A stretch of 64,000 nt of DNA from Malacoraja senta. Taxonomy: Eukaryota. Where the stretch lies: the NCBI GenBank assembly GCA_038087875.1, contig CM075989.1, positions 2,728,001 through 2,792,000 of the forward strand, given 5' to 3'. Shown here in pieces: positions 12,493 through 27,870 of this stretch. The position numbers and the translations under genes were made by a program. The notes beneath the pieces were generated by a model, which did not search any database, had not been told where the DNA came from, and was given only the letters and a program-made list of their open reading frames with translations. Positions within the stretch are counted from its first letter, which is position 1, and every line of letters starts with the position of its first letter.

Positions 12493-13954
12493 AGTACCTT
12501 TTACATCCACTAGGTTGGAGAGAAGGACACGTTGACATCTCATCATTCCCATCAAAGCCTGGGTTGAGATTTGCCAAACATATCTGTCCGTTGTTGGTTG
12601 ACTGATAATGCTCAATGTCCCCCAGTGGCAGTTTGAATGCGCTCCAGCAGCTACAGGTTAAATGACTTGTTGGCAACACCATCCAGTGCTGAAAGTGGGC
12701 AGCGGATGTGCCAGTAGCCTGCTGCGCCAACTCCACCGTGGCCTCCCAGTTCAGCACAGCCTTGGCAGCTTTCGAGGCAGGTAGTGCTGCCTGTACAGAT
12801 CAGTTCACTAGTTGACGTGGGAGCTCTGGTCGTGGGTGCAGATCACCGCAGCTGTGGCCTGGCCTCCCTCTGCTCATCCTCCACCCAGAAAGATGCATGG
12901 AAACTCCACATGGAGAAATCTTAATACAATACACGAATAGAACAAAGAACTGTACCGTGTGTAAGAAGGAACTGCAAATGCTGCTTTACACCAAAGATAG
13001 ACCCAAAGTGCTGGAGTAACTCAACAGGTCAGGCAGCATCTCTGTAGGGAAAGGACGGGTGACATTCAAGGTCGAGACCCTTCATCAGACTGATATAGAC
13101 TGATCAGGCAACTGAATCTTCCTACCACAACCAGAGAGCAGTGCTGAACTACTATCTACCTCACTGGTGAACCTCGGACTATCCTTGACCAGACTTTGCT
13201 GACTTTACCTTGCACTAAACGTTATTCCCTTATCATGTATCTATACGCTATAAATGGCTCGATTGTAATCATGTATTGTCTTTCCGCTGACTGTCTAGCA
13301 CGCAACAAAAGCTTTTCACTGTACCTCGTTACACGTGACAATAAACCAAACTGAAACGGAAACTGATAAAGGGTCTCAACCTGAAATGTCACCTATTCCT
13401 TTTCTCCGAAGATGCTACCAGACTCGTTGAGTTCCTCCAGCATTTTGTTTCTATCCTCGGTATAGAGCAGAACAGCACAGAAGCAAGCCCTTCATCCCAC
13501 AAAGTCTGCGCAAAAGTTGATGCCTAAAAACTCATCTCCTCTGCCTGCACGTGATCCATATCGATCCACTCCGTGAATATCCGTCAATATGCCTCATAAA
13601 TGCCTCCTTTGTGCCTCCACCACCACCTCTTTCCATGCGCCCAGCACCCACTGTGTAAAAAAAACTTGCATCACACATCTCCTCTATAAGTCCTCCCTCT
13701 CACCATCAATATATACCCCGTAGGCTTTGAAATTTCCACCCAATAAAGTTCAGAGTTCCTGGATCCACCCTATCTGTGCCTCTCCTAATTTTATAAACTT
13801 CTATCAGGCCTCCCCTCAACCATTTAAGCCATGTCTCTCTTGACTCTGTGTTACAGGACAATCTGTCACCCAAATTCACGTAACCACCTTTTCCTCATAT
13901 CCCTTTGTGAAACAAGAATATTAAAAAAGACAACAATATCATAATTGTAGGTTC

Positions 13955-14257
13955 TTAGTTTTAAAGATACAGCGTGGAAATGGGCCACGGAGTCCGTGCC
14001 GATCAACACTCACCTCGTGTACCAACACCATCCTGCACTCTAGGGGCAACATTTTTCTCACAACTTTTTGAGGCCAATTAACCTACAAACCTGTACGTCT
14101 TTGGTGTGTGGTAGGAGACCGGAGCACCTGGAGAAGACCCACGTGGTCACAGGGAGAACGTACAAATTCAGTACAGACAGCACCTGTAGTCAGGATTGAA
14201 CCTGGGTCTCCGGTGTTGTAAGGCCAGCAACTCTGCTGCTGCCTAACCATGCTGCCC
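13955..14257 (-). mobile_element. HE1/V-SINE
   Basis: Reverse-complement SINE consensus. Confidence 0.78.
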
Positions 14258-14396
14258 GATCAACCCCTTTGTTTTGTTCTGCAGCTCAACTAAATCATGG
14301 TTGGTCTGTATCTAAGTTCCACTTGGCAGAAAGAACTATAAAGCAAGAGGGGGAAAGACACAGATGAGATTTAGAACCTGCCACTGACAACCTATC

Positions 14397-14646
14397 TGGG
14401 TGCTGTCTGTACGGAGTTTGTACCTTCTCCCCGTGACCTGCCTGGGTTTTCTCCGAGATCTTCGATATCCTCCTACACTCCAAAGACGTACAGGTTTGTA
14501 GGTTAATTGGTTTGGTATGAATGTAAAATTGTCCCTAGTGTGTGTAGGATAGTGTAAGTGTGTGGAGACCGCTGGGCGGTGCGGACTCTGTGGGCTGAAG
14601 GGCCTGTTTCCGTGATGTGTCTCTAAATTAAACTAGGCTAAACTAA
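14397..14646 (+). mobile_element. HE1/V-SINE, 5'-truncated
   Basis: gggtgctgtctgtacggagtttg to ctaaa tail. Confidence 0.8.
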
Positions 14647-15764
14647 ATGGCCTGGCTGAGAGACAGTCTCATCACCGGCCCTCCGTGGTCTCCGCAATCA
14701 AGGTCTCTAAATATCAGGTCTATCGGAGCTGTTACAGGAAGCAGTGTTAAGCAGGCAGAAATGATTGCATGAATTATTCTCATTATGTGTTTCTAAGTAG
14801 ATCCCCAATGAACCAGGACATCACCACTTAACATCCCAAGGGGAAAAAATGTAATGTACAAAAAACAGGTGGAAAGCAACAGTAACAGATTCCCGTGTAG
14901 GAAGGAACTGCAGATGCTGGTTTAAGGGGAATGGGTGATGGTTCGGGTCGAGACCCTTCTTCAGATGCCCACTCCTTTTCTTGAACATTAGGAATGCTCA
15001 ACTTCATACAAAGGTTGGACTTTCCTGTTTGAAAAAAAAGTCTTAACGAATTCATGAAAAATGATGATGGCAAGGTTACAGATGAGCTACTGTTTCACAG
15101 TTTCTGAAGGAGTGGTTGATTTTTGTCCAAATATCCACATTTTAAATAAAATCCAAAGAGAACCTTGACCTTGGCCACAAATTGTGTGGTTCCGGATAGT
15201 TCAGGAGATTAGTTCCAGATGAGGATTTGTAAAAACAATCTTCTTGAAATGTGCAATGTGGACTGGCATGAATATTGGCAGTTTGCAAAAGTCTGTGTCA
15301 ATTCAGCAGATTTGCGACTACAATGAAGCTGATTGTGAATGTGTTGCAGGAACTTCTAGTCTGCAATGCCACTTCTTTCAACAGATCTGATGCAAGGAAA
15401 TTCATCAACTTTGTTCTGCTTATTTTGCAGATTTTTCCACAAGTCCCACTTGTGGCAAACTGATTCAGGCCATCCATGTCGAAAGGTTGCCCCTTATTTC
15501 CACAGCAGTAGACATTTTGCAGAAAAATATCAGAGCAGTAAGATCTAGAAGTGTAGAAGCAAGGAACTGCAGATGCTGGTTTATATCACCGATAGAAGAC
15601 ACAAAGCACTGGAGTAACTCAGTGGGTCAGGCAGAATCTCTGGAGAAAAAGACTGGGTGACGTTTCGGGTTAGGACCCTTCTTTGGCCCCACTGAGTTAC
15701 TCCTGATCCTCATAGATCGAGAAGTGTATTGTCTATTGTCTAGTGTAATTGGTCAAATGTTCAT

Positions 15765-16430
15765 AAGGTTCCAGGAGCAGAATTAGGCCATTCGACCCAT
15801 CAGCTCCTACTCCGACATTCAATCATGGCTGATCTATCTTTCCCTCCTAACCCCATTCTTCTGCCTTCACTGCATAACCCCTGACACCCATACTAATCAC
15901 CTTAAAAATATCCATTGATTTGGCCTCCACAGTCTGTGGCAATGAATTCCACACATTCACCACACTCTGACTAAATAAATTCCTCCTCTTCCCCTTTCTA
16001 AAGGTCTATCCTTTTATTCTGAGGCTGTGCCTTCTGGTCCTAGACTAGTGGAAACATCCTCTCCACATTCACTCTATCCATGCTGTTATGGAAATGGAAA
16101 TGGTTTGGACATCTGCTAGACTCATCATTGTTCACTTAACAAGGCGGAAGAAGATATTAATAGAATAATGTCCAACTAACATGTGTAACTGATAAAGAGG
16201 AGATATAGAATCATAGGAATAGAAAAATAGGTGCAGGAGTAGGCCATTCGGCCCTTCAAGCCAGCACCACCATTCAATATGATCATGGCTGATCATCTAA
16301 AATCAGTACCCCGTTCCTGCTTTCTCCCCATATCCCTTGATTCCTTTAGTCTTAATAGCTAAATCAAACTCTCTCTTCAAAACATCCAGTGAATTGGCCT
16401 CCACTGCCTTCTGTGGCAGAGAGTTCCACA
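15765..16430 (-). mobile_element. Two CR1/HER1-type LINE 3' fragments
   Basis: WNSLPQKAVEANSLDVLKREFD...GYGEKAGTGY and shared CR1 3'UTR. Confidence 0.8.
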
Positions 16431-16752
16431 TGGAGATTGGTCTGAAACAAATGACTTGAACAGGGCTTCTGTTCCTTCTGAAAGATGGCAACATGTTTTT
16501 TTCCCAAAGGGGAGTAGAGGGAATCAGGTTTAAAACTCTTTGGAGCCTCTGCAAAGTGTTGGATCGACTTCAAGCAAGCTCAACTCTCAGCACAGCTGTT
16601 CAATTGAAAATTAACAATGTATTAAGTCCCTGGTTTCTCAGCCAAAAACCATGAGCAATCCATCCTGAAAACCAAGGGACTGAAAGACATCAAACCCAAT
16701 AACCAACAATACAAGACAGAATTTTACTCAGCAGTGAATCGTATCAAGTTCA

Positions 16753-17056
16753 GCATGGTGGCACAGCGGTAGAGTTGCTGCCTTACAGCGAGCACCAGAG
16801 ACACAGGTTCGATCCTGACTACGGCCGTTGTCTGTACGGAGTTTGTACATTTTCCCAGTGACCTGCGTGGGTTTTCTCCGGGATCTCCGGTTTCCTCCCA
16901 CACTACAGGTATGTACGCTAATTGGTTTGCTAAAATTATAAATTGTTCCTCGTGTGCGTAGTGTATTTTAGTGTTTGGGGATCGCTGGTTGACGCGGACA
17001 CAGAGGGCCAAAGAGATTGTTTCCATACCGTATCTCCAAAATAAACTAAACTAAAT
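16753..17056 (+). mobile_element. HE1/V-SINE
   Basis: ggtggcacagcggtagagttgctgccttacagc head; aacta tail. Confidence 0.85.
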
Positions 17057-17129
17057 AGATAGACACAAAAAGCTGGAGTAACTCAGTGGGACAGGCAGCA
17101 TCTCTGGAGAGAAGGAATGGGTGACGTTT

Positions 17130-17190
17130 GGGGGGAGGGGGGAGGGGGGAGGGGGAGGGGGAGGGGGGAGGGGGAGGGGGAGGGGGGAGG
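17130..17190 (+). repeat. (GGGGGA)n G-rich tandem repeat
   Basis: About ten G5-6 runs separated by single A. Confidence 0.9.
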
Positions 17191-17339
17191 ACTATGGACA
17201 ATGGGGAGGGAGGGGGGAACTAAAGGAGGAGCCGGCACACTTTGTAACTTTGTCAGGGCCGTAGGTAGCTGCTATGTGTATACGTTGGGTATGCAAGCAA
17301 ATATTTTCACTGTGCCTTGTCACATGTGACAATAAAATA

Positions 17340-18207
17340 GTTCAAGTTCAAGTGAGTTTATTGTCATGTGTCCCTGATAGGACAATGAAATTCTTGCTTT
17401 GCTTCAGCACAACAGAACATAGTAGGCATTGACTACAAAACAGATCAGTGTGTCCATATACCATTCTATAAATATATACACACATGAATCAATATACTGA
17501 TAAAGTGCAAATAACAGTTAATTGGCTAATAAAGTTCAGTGTTTTGTCCGAGCCAGGTTTAATAGCCTGATGGCTGTGGGGAAGTAGCTATTACTGAACC
17601 TGGTCGTTGCAGTCTTCAGGCTCCTGTACCTTCTACCTGAAGGTAGTAGGGAGATGAGTGTGTGGCCAGGATGGTGTGGGTCCTTGATGATGCTGCCAGC
17701 CTTTTTGAGGCAGCGACTGCGATAGATCCCCTCGATGGAAGGGAGTTCAGAGCCGATGATGGACTGGGCAGTGTTTACTACTTTTTGTAGTCTTTTCCTC
17801 TCCAGGGCGCTCAAGTTGCCGAACCAAGCCACGATGCAACCGGTCAGCATGCTCTCTACTGTGCACCTGTAGAAGTTAGAGAGAGTCCTCCTTGACAAAC
17901 CGACTCTCCGTAATCTTCTCAGGAAGTAGAGGCGCTGATGTGCTTTCTTAATAATGGCATCAGTGTTCTCGGACCAGGAAAGATCTTCAGAGATGTGCAC
18001 ACCCAGGAATTTGAAGCTCTTGACCCTTTCAACCATCGACCTGTTGATATAAACGGGACTGTGGGTCCCCATCCTACTCCTTCCAAAGTCCACAATCAGT
18101 TCCTTGGTTTTGCTGGTGTTGAGGGCCAGGTTATTGTGCTGGCACCATATGGACAGTTGCTCGATCTCTCTTCTATACTCTGACTCATCCCCATCAGTGA
18201 TACGTCT
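17340..18207 (-). mobile_element. Rex1/Babar-clade LINE, 5'-truncated, RT C-terminus frame intact
   Basis: 224-aa ORF DESEYRREIEQLSIWCQHNNLALNTSKTKELIVDF...FKFLGVHISEDLSW...KKAHQRLYFLRRL...YRCTVESMLTGCI; aataaa and (ttgaac)n tail. Confidence 0.92.
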
Positions 18208-18837
18208 CATTCCATCCCATTCAGTATATTAGGCATTGACCCAGTGGGAACAAACAACCTTTCCTCTCAACAAAATGGCAGAAAACTCAGTTCAAATGGA
18301 CTGCTTTTCCATGAGGTAAATATTTTATCTCTGTGTTTCATGCTGCGTATTTTCACAGAATGATAGTCAGCGCACATAGAAAACAGTGCCCTGGTGTTCC
18401 ATCAAGAAACATCAATACCCCATTTAGGTCTCCAAGATTGGAGGGCTCGCTCGCGAGCAAAAGCAGTTTACTCCGGATGACTGATATCACTGCAGCCTGT
18501 TCCATGTGGCTGTGGATGGTCCTTTGAATGTCAAGACATTTCTGCAGTTGACAGTTATTCAATAGGCTCTTGACTGAAACAGTTTGATTCAATGGCTCCC
18601 GATAAGTGCAAATGATGGAGTTCAATGCTTGTTACTGAGCTCCAACATAGTCCATAAGTTCCGACATTAGCAGATCTGATGGATGCAAGAATCCCCATGT
18701 CTGTGTAAACCACGGGGAATTGCTTGATGCTTAATGTACTTCATCATTAAAATGTGTAGAAGATCGCTCATTCACGGGACTTTCAATTCCTTCTAACTCA
18801 TAGCCCTCTACTTTATTTACGACATGTTTTTATAAAT

Positions 18838-19070
18838 AGTCATAGTCATAGAGTGATATACATTGGAAACAGGTCCTTTGGCCAACTTGTCCACATGGGC
18901 CAACATGTTCCAGCTGCACTAATCCCACCTGCCTGCGTTTGGTCCAGATTTCTAAATACCTGTCCTATCCATGTACCTGTCCAACTGTTTCTTAAATGTT
19001 GGGATAGTCCTGGCTCAACTACCTCCTCTGGCAGCTCGTTCCATACACCCACCATCCTTTGTGTGAAAAA
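18838..19070 (-). mobile_element. CR1-type LINE 3' fragment (second family, (ctatga)n tail)
   Basis: FFTQRMVGVWNELPEEVVE; catagtcata tail. Confidence 0.8.
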
Positions 19071-19827
19071 ATATTCTACAGATCCAGTACAGTTCCTCTT
19101 ATCTGCATTTCCTCCGTCCATCTTCAATCATTCTGTCCTGTATTAACAATACTCATGTCAGTGCAGGTGTCCATTTACTATTTTCCTTCTCAGACCCAAA
19201 TGCCCCATTCTGCACACCCCCCCCAGCCACATTGTGACCCTCTTGACCTGAGGTCAAGGCCCATTGCACTTACATCGTTCAATCATGGCCTGCATGTTTG
19301 AGGACCCATTAGCACTCTGTACCCAGAACCCACAGGCCAGCAAATCCAAACCTCAAACCTGATGTTGGCATCAGAATCACTGCGTGATGAGGAATCATTA
19401 CCTCTACGTATACGAGCTTACAACAAAGAACGGTACAGCACAGGAGCAGGCCCTTCAGCCCACAACGTCCATGCTAAACATGATGCCTGATTAAACTAAT
19501 CTCATCTGCCTGCATATGATCCATATCCCTCCATTCCCTGCATTACCAAGTGCCTATCTAAGAGCCTCTTAAATGTCTGCCTCCACCACCACCCCAGGCA
19601 ACGGGTTCTAGGTGCTCACCATACACCTTTCAAAGGTGCCCCTCTCATCTTAAAGCTATGTCCAATTTAGAAACAAAGAGAAGCAGATGCGTGTTAACAA
19701 AGAAGGCATCATACTGGTAAAACTCCTCTGCACCATCTGTCACGTCTCCACATCCTTCCTGTAATGGAGTGACCAGAACTGCACGTAATTGCACACCACG
19801 ACACACCGGCTGTACTCCACCGGGTGG

Positions 19828-20122
19828 GACGGTGGCACAGCGGTAGAGTTGCTGCTCACAGCGCCCAGGGACCAGGGTTGATCATCACTACGGGTGCTGT
19901 CTGTACGGAGTTTGTACGTCCTCCCCGTGACTGTGGGAGTTTCCTCCAGATCTTCGGTTTCCTCCCACACTCCAAAGACGTACAGGTCTGTAGGTTGATT
20001 GGCTTGGTGCAAACGTAAATTGTTTCTAGTGTTTAATGTGCGGGGATTGTTGGTCGGAAGTGGACTCGATGGGCTGAAGGGCCAGTTTCCACGCTGTATC
20101 TCTAAACTAAACAAAAACTAAA
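19828..20122 (+). mobile_element. HE1/V-SINE
   Basis: Head, V-domain, tail. Confidence 0.85.
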
Positions 20123-20714
20123 CCAGATCTGAACCAGAATATCCACAAGTCTATGGAATGTACAATCCTGCCCACTGATCGAAGCTAGTGTGCAATGCAC
20201 AGTTGAAGATATTGGCCTGTTGAAAATTGCTTTTGAATTCATTGCTGACTTTATGTCTTCCAGTTAGAGGTCATAAAAGCAGTCAAGTAATGCACTCAAC
20301 ATTATACAGCACACTGCTCAATATCGGCCCAAGTAGAATTAATTGCTGCGTACCCCCTGCACTATGAATTATTTAAGTAACTCCAGGATTTGGTAACACA
20401 ATGGGATAAGAGGGCACATACATTACACACCCTGTAATTAATCTGTAGAAGCAACACCTGTATGGTACATGCACTTAAGGCTCTGTTTTTAGCATCGGGA
20501 GACAAAATGATTGTGAAAAATCTACTTTCCTGTAATTGCTGGAGCATAAACTAAATAAAGTTGACTCTATTTTCGATCAATAGCTTAAAATAAATAGCTT
20601 AACCAGCATGAGGATGTATGTGAGCTGAGGAGTGTGAGGGAACAGGAGAACAGCAGTGGCTCAGTGGGGTGGTGTTAAGAGCCATGCAATGTAGTCACAT
20701 AGACCTTACAGCCC

Positions 20715-21712
<998 letters not shown>

Positions 21713-22114
21713 CTTCACTTCACTGAGCCCAGATAACACAGAATAGTAAATCAATCGGAGGGTGGGGGGGGGGGTTCTTTACTCTCGTGGTTCAGTAACA
21801 TTCAGCACAGTCTCGATTCTTCGGGCGATCACATTCATGCCACTATTACTTTATAAATGAGGCTGGTGAAAGTGTTTGGAAAAAAAAGAGTCATTTAGGA
21901 GGGAGGAATGAAGACTTCCCTCGAATGTTTTGGCAGAGAAGCAAACAAACTGGCTCTAAGTTCACAAACCCTTCCATCCACACTGTTTGTATTGGCACTT
22001 GTTGACGGACGTGCATAATTACTAGTGGTAGATCAATCCACTTAGACATTGCTTACAGGAGACAATGGAGTGAAAGGGGAGAATAGAGGATTGACTTTGG
22101 TACGTACGCACAAA

Positions 22115-22616
22115 TGTGTGCAAACACACACATGCACACCGACACCCACATGTGTATGTGTACATACGTAGACACACAAACACACACATATACATACACA
22201 CATAGACATACACACATGCACACATGCACATGCACATGGACACACACGCACATATGCACACACACACACACATACATACACACACATGTACACACACATG
22301 CACTCACCGACGTACACACACACACACATGTACACACACACATGCACACACACACATGCACACACACACATGCACACACACACGTACACACACACATGCA
22401 CATACACACATGCACATACACATGTACACACACACATGCACACACACATGTACACACACACATGCACACACACACATGTACACACACACATGTACACACA
22501 CACACACATGTACACACACACATGCACACACACACACACACATGTACACACACACACACACATACACACACACGCACACACAAACACATGTACACACACA
22601 CACTCACACACAAACA
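22115..22616 (+). repeat. Imperfect (CA)n microsatellite with catg/tgta interruptions
   Basis: Direct reading. Confidence 0.97.
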
Positions 22617-23288
22617 CCATCCTCTCCACACTCCATCCCACCCCCTTCCAGAAGAGCATTGTACTATTGCACTTGCGCTTGTACTAAACCTGGTGTCAGG
22701 CCAACCCTACCTCATCAGTGGTAGATTCACGGCACCACTGCATCAATTATGTATTAATTATTTATTACATAGGGCCAAAAATGACAGGTACCTACAGGGA
22801 AAATCATTTTAAAAATCAGGGCCATAGAACTCAAAATGACTGTGAATGTTAATTAGATTTGAAAAACCATACATATAATCATTAGATGAGAATATGTGTA
22901 AGCTCTTTACACATTAAGATGGATCAATATAATCACAACCAATTCTATCTATATGCTAATCGGAAGAAATGGGTGCCACAATCTATTCAAATTTCTAGCA
23001 GCGTCAATTGGATATTGTTTGCCAGATCTACAACCCCATTGTTGGGTTGATTTATTAAACGTGTCCACAAAACAAAATAAAACCATTTGGAAGTAACGCA
23101 TGAGGTTTGTTAGACACCATCGCCTCACCCAATGGCGACTAACACTTGCGTAGCAAGGATCTGCAGATGCTGGTTTAAACCGAAGATAGACACAGAAAGC
23201 TGGTGTAACTCAGCTGGTGTATCTCTCCAGAGATGCTGCCTGCCCCGCTGAGTTACTCCAGCTTTCCGTGTCCATCTTCGGCGTCTAA

Positions 23289-23617
23289 AGGGCCTGACCC
23301 TTACGCGATTTTTTTCGGCGACTTGCCGGCACCCGTCATAGTCGCAGCAGGTCTCCGAAAATATGCAACATGTTGAAAATCCAGCGGCGACCAGAACAAG
23401 GTACGGCTCTTTGGGCGACTACTCACGACCATACAGGCTTCACCCCGCGACGTGTCACCAGGGTGTCGCCTGTATGGTCGTGAGTCGTCTTCTTGTCACC
23501 CAAAGAGTCGGAGCGTGTTTCTGGTTGCCGCTGAATTTTCAACGTGTTGAAAATTTTCGGCGACATATGACGGGTACCGGCAGTCACTGAAAAAGTCCCG
23601 TAAACGGGACCGGCCCA
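23289..23617. mobile_element. Non-autonomous PIF/Harbinger element
   Basis: Termini agggcctgaccc... and ...gggaccggccca; TAA TSD at 23286-23288 and 23618-23620; shares gccggcacccgt and caacatgttgaaaa with 47960-48246. Confidence 0.82.
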
Positions 23618-23925
23618 TAACACTTGCCAGGTTGCGGTGGATTCAAGAATCTACAAATATAGATCCAGTGACTATGGACAGTTGTGGTGAGCAATGGGCC
23701 CATTCCCTCGTATTGTTCATGGATATTCTGGTTAACCTCTGACGGGTTGTTCTCAAGAAACACTACCCATTCTCAGTATTCTCCTCCTGCTGTCGGATTC
23801 ACCCATTGTTACAGGAACGTTGGGTTCATGCTGTCTTTCCCGCTATTCTCCCCTTTCCCATCAGGCAAAAGGTATAGAAGTGTGAAAACACACACCTCCA
23901 GATTCAAGAACAGTTTCTTCCCAAC

Positions 23926-24298
23926 CAAAGATCCTATAGCGAGCAAGATAGACCACTCGACAAAAAAGACATAGTACGGTCATGGGCAGATTCATGGGTA
24001 ATTTTCGGCCCCATTTCCGTAACCGGCACCCAAGATCCCATAGCGGAGCAAAGATAACTAGTGCGGAGACGGAAGGCCGGTTACGGAAACATCCTCGTAA
24101 AAATAAAAGTTATTTGGTAAAATTTTCTCCTCGTTTTCAGAATTTTAATTTATTAACACAAACTGTTCCCCCGCAACGTTGATTACACTGCGATCCGGTT
24201 GGGTCGGGTCCGGTTACGGAAATGGATGAAAAAAAGGCCCACGTTCTGTTCTGTTGCGTACTACATGTCAGCCCATTGCATTTAGCAGCAGTGGTCTG
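23926..24298. mobile_element. Unclassified CpG-rich insertion with 8-bp flanking duplication, inside a LINE 3' end
   Basis: ttcccaac at 23918-23925 and 24299-24306; removing the insert restores LINE sequence gaacagtttcttcccaactgttatc. Confidence 0.55.
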
Positions 24299-26419
24299 TT
24301 CCCAACTGTTATCATGCAACTGAATCATCCCACCACAACCAGAGGGCAGTAGTGCTGAATTACTATCTACCTCTTTGGACTATCCTTGAGTGGACTTTCC
24401 TGGCTTTATCGTGCATTAAACGCTATTCCCTTATCATCTATCTATACACTGTAGACTCCTCAATTGTAATCATGTACTGTCTTTCTGTGGCTGGTTCGCA
24501 CGCAACCAAAGCTTTTCGCTGTACCTCGGTACATGGGACAATAAACTAAACTGTCCTTCCTATCAGATTTGCTGTGGGGGAATCAATGGATGTGATGTCT
24601 ATGTACTGGAGAAACTTTAACGGCAGGAGCAAGAGTGAATAGTCCCAAAACAGTATGTGTTGGAGTCTGCGGAATATTAACCATAGTTTTATTTATTGAT
24701 TGAAAGATTTTGAATGGAAACAGGTTCTTCGGCCCATCGAGTCCATGCTGAACTTCAATGACCCTTTCACACTAGTTCTATGTTATCACAATTTCACATC
24801 TGCTCGCTACACACTAGAAGCCAATGAACCGACACACCCATACATCTTTAGCATATGGAGGAAACTGGTGCACCTGTTGGAACAGGGGAGCACAGTGGCC
24901 CAGTGCTGCCTTACACCGACAGAGACCCGGCTTCCATCCTGACTATGGATGCTGTCTGTACAAGATTTTGTACATTCTCCCTGTGATCACGTGGGTTTTC
25001 ACCGGGTGCTCCGGTTTCCTCCTCCTTCTACACACTACAAAGACGTACAGGTTTGTAGGTTAATTTGTCTTTGGTAAAAAATGGTAGGTTGTCTGTAGTG
25101 TGTAGTTAGTGTATGGGATGATCAATGATCAACGTTGACTCGATGGGCCGAAGGACCTGTTTCCACGCTGTCTGGCTCAAGTAAAAAATCGAATGAAACC
25201 CACAGGTTCACAGGGAGATGGTAAATAGGGTAGAGAGTCAGAGTCTTTTTCCCAGGATGGAAATGTGAAAGAATAGAGTGCGCAGTTTTAATGTGAGAGG
25301 GGATAAAGTTGAAAACAGATATGCAAGGAAATATTTGACACAGTGAGTGTTGAGGGCAGATACGATAGTGGCATTAAACAAACTGTTCTAGAGGCGCATG
25401 GATATGTCGGGAATGTGGGAGCAGGGATTATATGCAGGCAGATAAGAGTTGGTCTTGTCTTGTGTAGGAAGGAACTGCAGATGCTGGTTTAAACCGAAGA
25501 TAGACACAAATGCTGGAGTAACTCAGCGGGGGCAGGCAGCTTCTCTGGATAGAAGGAATGGGTGATGTTTTGTCATCGGTTTTGGGCTCATATTGTGGGC
25601 TGAAAGACCCTTCCTGTGCTGTAAGATGTCCTATGATCTTACCTTGCAAGCTCCACACAGACAGCATCCAAGGTCAAGATCAAAGCTGCCACTACAAGGC
25701 AGAGACTCTACCCGCTGCGCCACCGTGACAAATCACTGCTATGGTGTCTCACTCAAAAACATCCGCATCCATTTCAGATGGTGATTACCCTTTACACATC
25801 TCCAGCAGGGCAAGCAACTCTCGATCTCTCCCCCAGCTTCTGGCCACACACACGGACGTCTGGTAAATGGGCCTCCACCATCTACAGGTCTAACACTTGC
25901 ATGGTGGCACAGCCGGTAGAGTGGCTGCCTCACAGCACCAGAGACCAGGGTCCGATCCTGACCTCAGATGCTGTCTGTGTGGGGGGGGGGGGGGGGTTTG
26001 CATGTTCTCCCTGTGACCGCGTGGGTTTCCTTTGGGTGCTCCGGTTTCCTCCCACAACCCAAAGACGTGTGGGTTTGTAGGTTAATCAGCCCTCTGTAAA
26101 ACAAGTTCCCTTGTGTGTAGGGAGTGGATGTGAAAGGGGGAATAAGGTAGAACTAGTGTGAACAGGTAAACAATGGCCAGCGTGGACTCAGCACAGTTTC
26201 CATGCTGTATCTGTTGACGAAAACTATAAACAAAACAAGATACTTTGCTCCACCAGGACAAGAGACTGCAATAACTACAAGGAACAACTTTAATCTCCTT
26301 GAAAAATAGAACATCCTGTCCACCTCAAGGGGAATGTGGCCACTTAAGCTGGAGAAGAACGTTTATGAAGGCATTGAGCACTGTGGGTCTCTACAGTGGG
26401 AGCAGCAACATTTTAGACT

Positions 26420-26723
26420 TGTGACTTTAGACGCACAAAGAACAGTCACAGGTCCTTCGGCCCACCGAGTCCGCACCGGCAAGCAATCACCCCATACACT
26501 AACACTATCTTACACACCAGGGACTTACCGGAGCCAATTAACCGGCAAACCTGTATGTCTATGGAGTGTGGGAGGAAACCAGAGCTCCCGGAGAAACCCA
26601 CACAGGTCACGGGGAGAAGTGAGAACGTACAAACTCCGTACAGACAGCACCACTAGTCAGGATGGAACCCGGGTCTCTGCCGCTGTGAGGCAGCAACTCT
26701 ACCGCTGTGCCACCATGCTGCCC
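26420..26723 (-). mobile_element. HE1/V-SINE
   Basis: Reverse-complement consensus. Confidence 0.8.
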
Positions 26724-27870
26724 AAGGAGCAGACAAGCACCCATTCCAGTAACCACCTCCCGCCCCAGCTCAGAACAGCTGCTGTGATGACAACCAGCTG
26801 ATGGGGAAATAACTGGAGGAATGGCATTGATGGGACTGCCCTGACAGATAGTATAAATCTGATCGGCTGAATGGCCTCATTCTACGTGGAAAGGATATAT
26901 GAGCCACTCAGGGCCCACAGAACTGGAGTGGAAGCAAGTAATTCTCCACCCTCGGAACTGCATTTTTTTTTTGCTTATTATTTGATTAATAGACCAATAT
27001 TTTTGTTTTGTTCTCAAGTTTATGTTGTTATATAACTGACTGATCAAGCAATGGTGGGGTTGCGAGGGAAAGATAGATCAGTCATCATTGATTGGCGGAG
27101 TAGACTTGATGGGCAAAATGGCCTAATTTTGCACCTATGACTTATGAAAGACAATAGCTCTGTCCTTATAACCTATAATACAGGCAGACACAAGATGCTG
27201 GAGTAACTCAGCGGGTCAGGCAGCATCTCTGGATAGAAGGAATAGGTGACGTTTGGGGTCGAGACCCAGTTCCTTCCTACACTTATAATTTATATCCGAG
27301 GTTACAGAATTGGGTAGATTAAATGTACAGTATTTTGGACATCTTTAGTTGGGAGTCAGAGTTGAAAGCGAGCAGTGTTACTGAGCGGTGTGTTTTCCAG
27401 GGATATTTAGACGAAGCGAAGGCGCGTTTGTTTATAGGCACCTTCATTCCCTGGAGACCTGTTTAAAACGTGTGTAGTCGGCTACAGACCCAACCAGCGC
27501 TCGGTGCGCGGTGATATTGCCCGGCTTCAAGTCCTGCTAGCGCCGACGGTTGAGTCGTTTTTATTTACGAATGTTCCCAGAACACAGTAGGAGCAACATC
27601 GGGCGGTTAAATGTAATCTAGCTTTCAATACATCGCCATTAAGCAATGTATTCCTGTTCAAGGGAGCAGCGCTTGTTCACAGTACAGTGATTGCCATTAT
27701 TTTGCCAGCGTGACCTTGAGATGATTTTATATCAATTCGTGAACATGTACATTTAAAAGCAGAGGAAAGACAGAGTTTCCTTGCGTTTTGGTAACGCAAC
27801 TGGTAAAGATATTTTGGCTGGAATTTTGACTGGGAAGCATTTCTTTAAATATCCACCAGTGATCTCATTT

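Noticed and set aside
22022..22812. Cluster of Cys/Val- and His/Thr-rich ORFs
   Set aside because: (CA)n microsatellite artefacts
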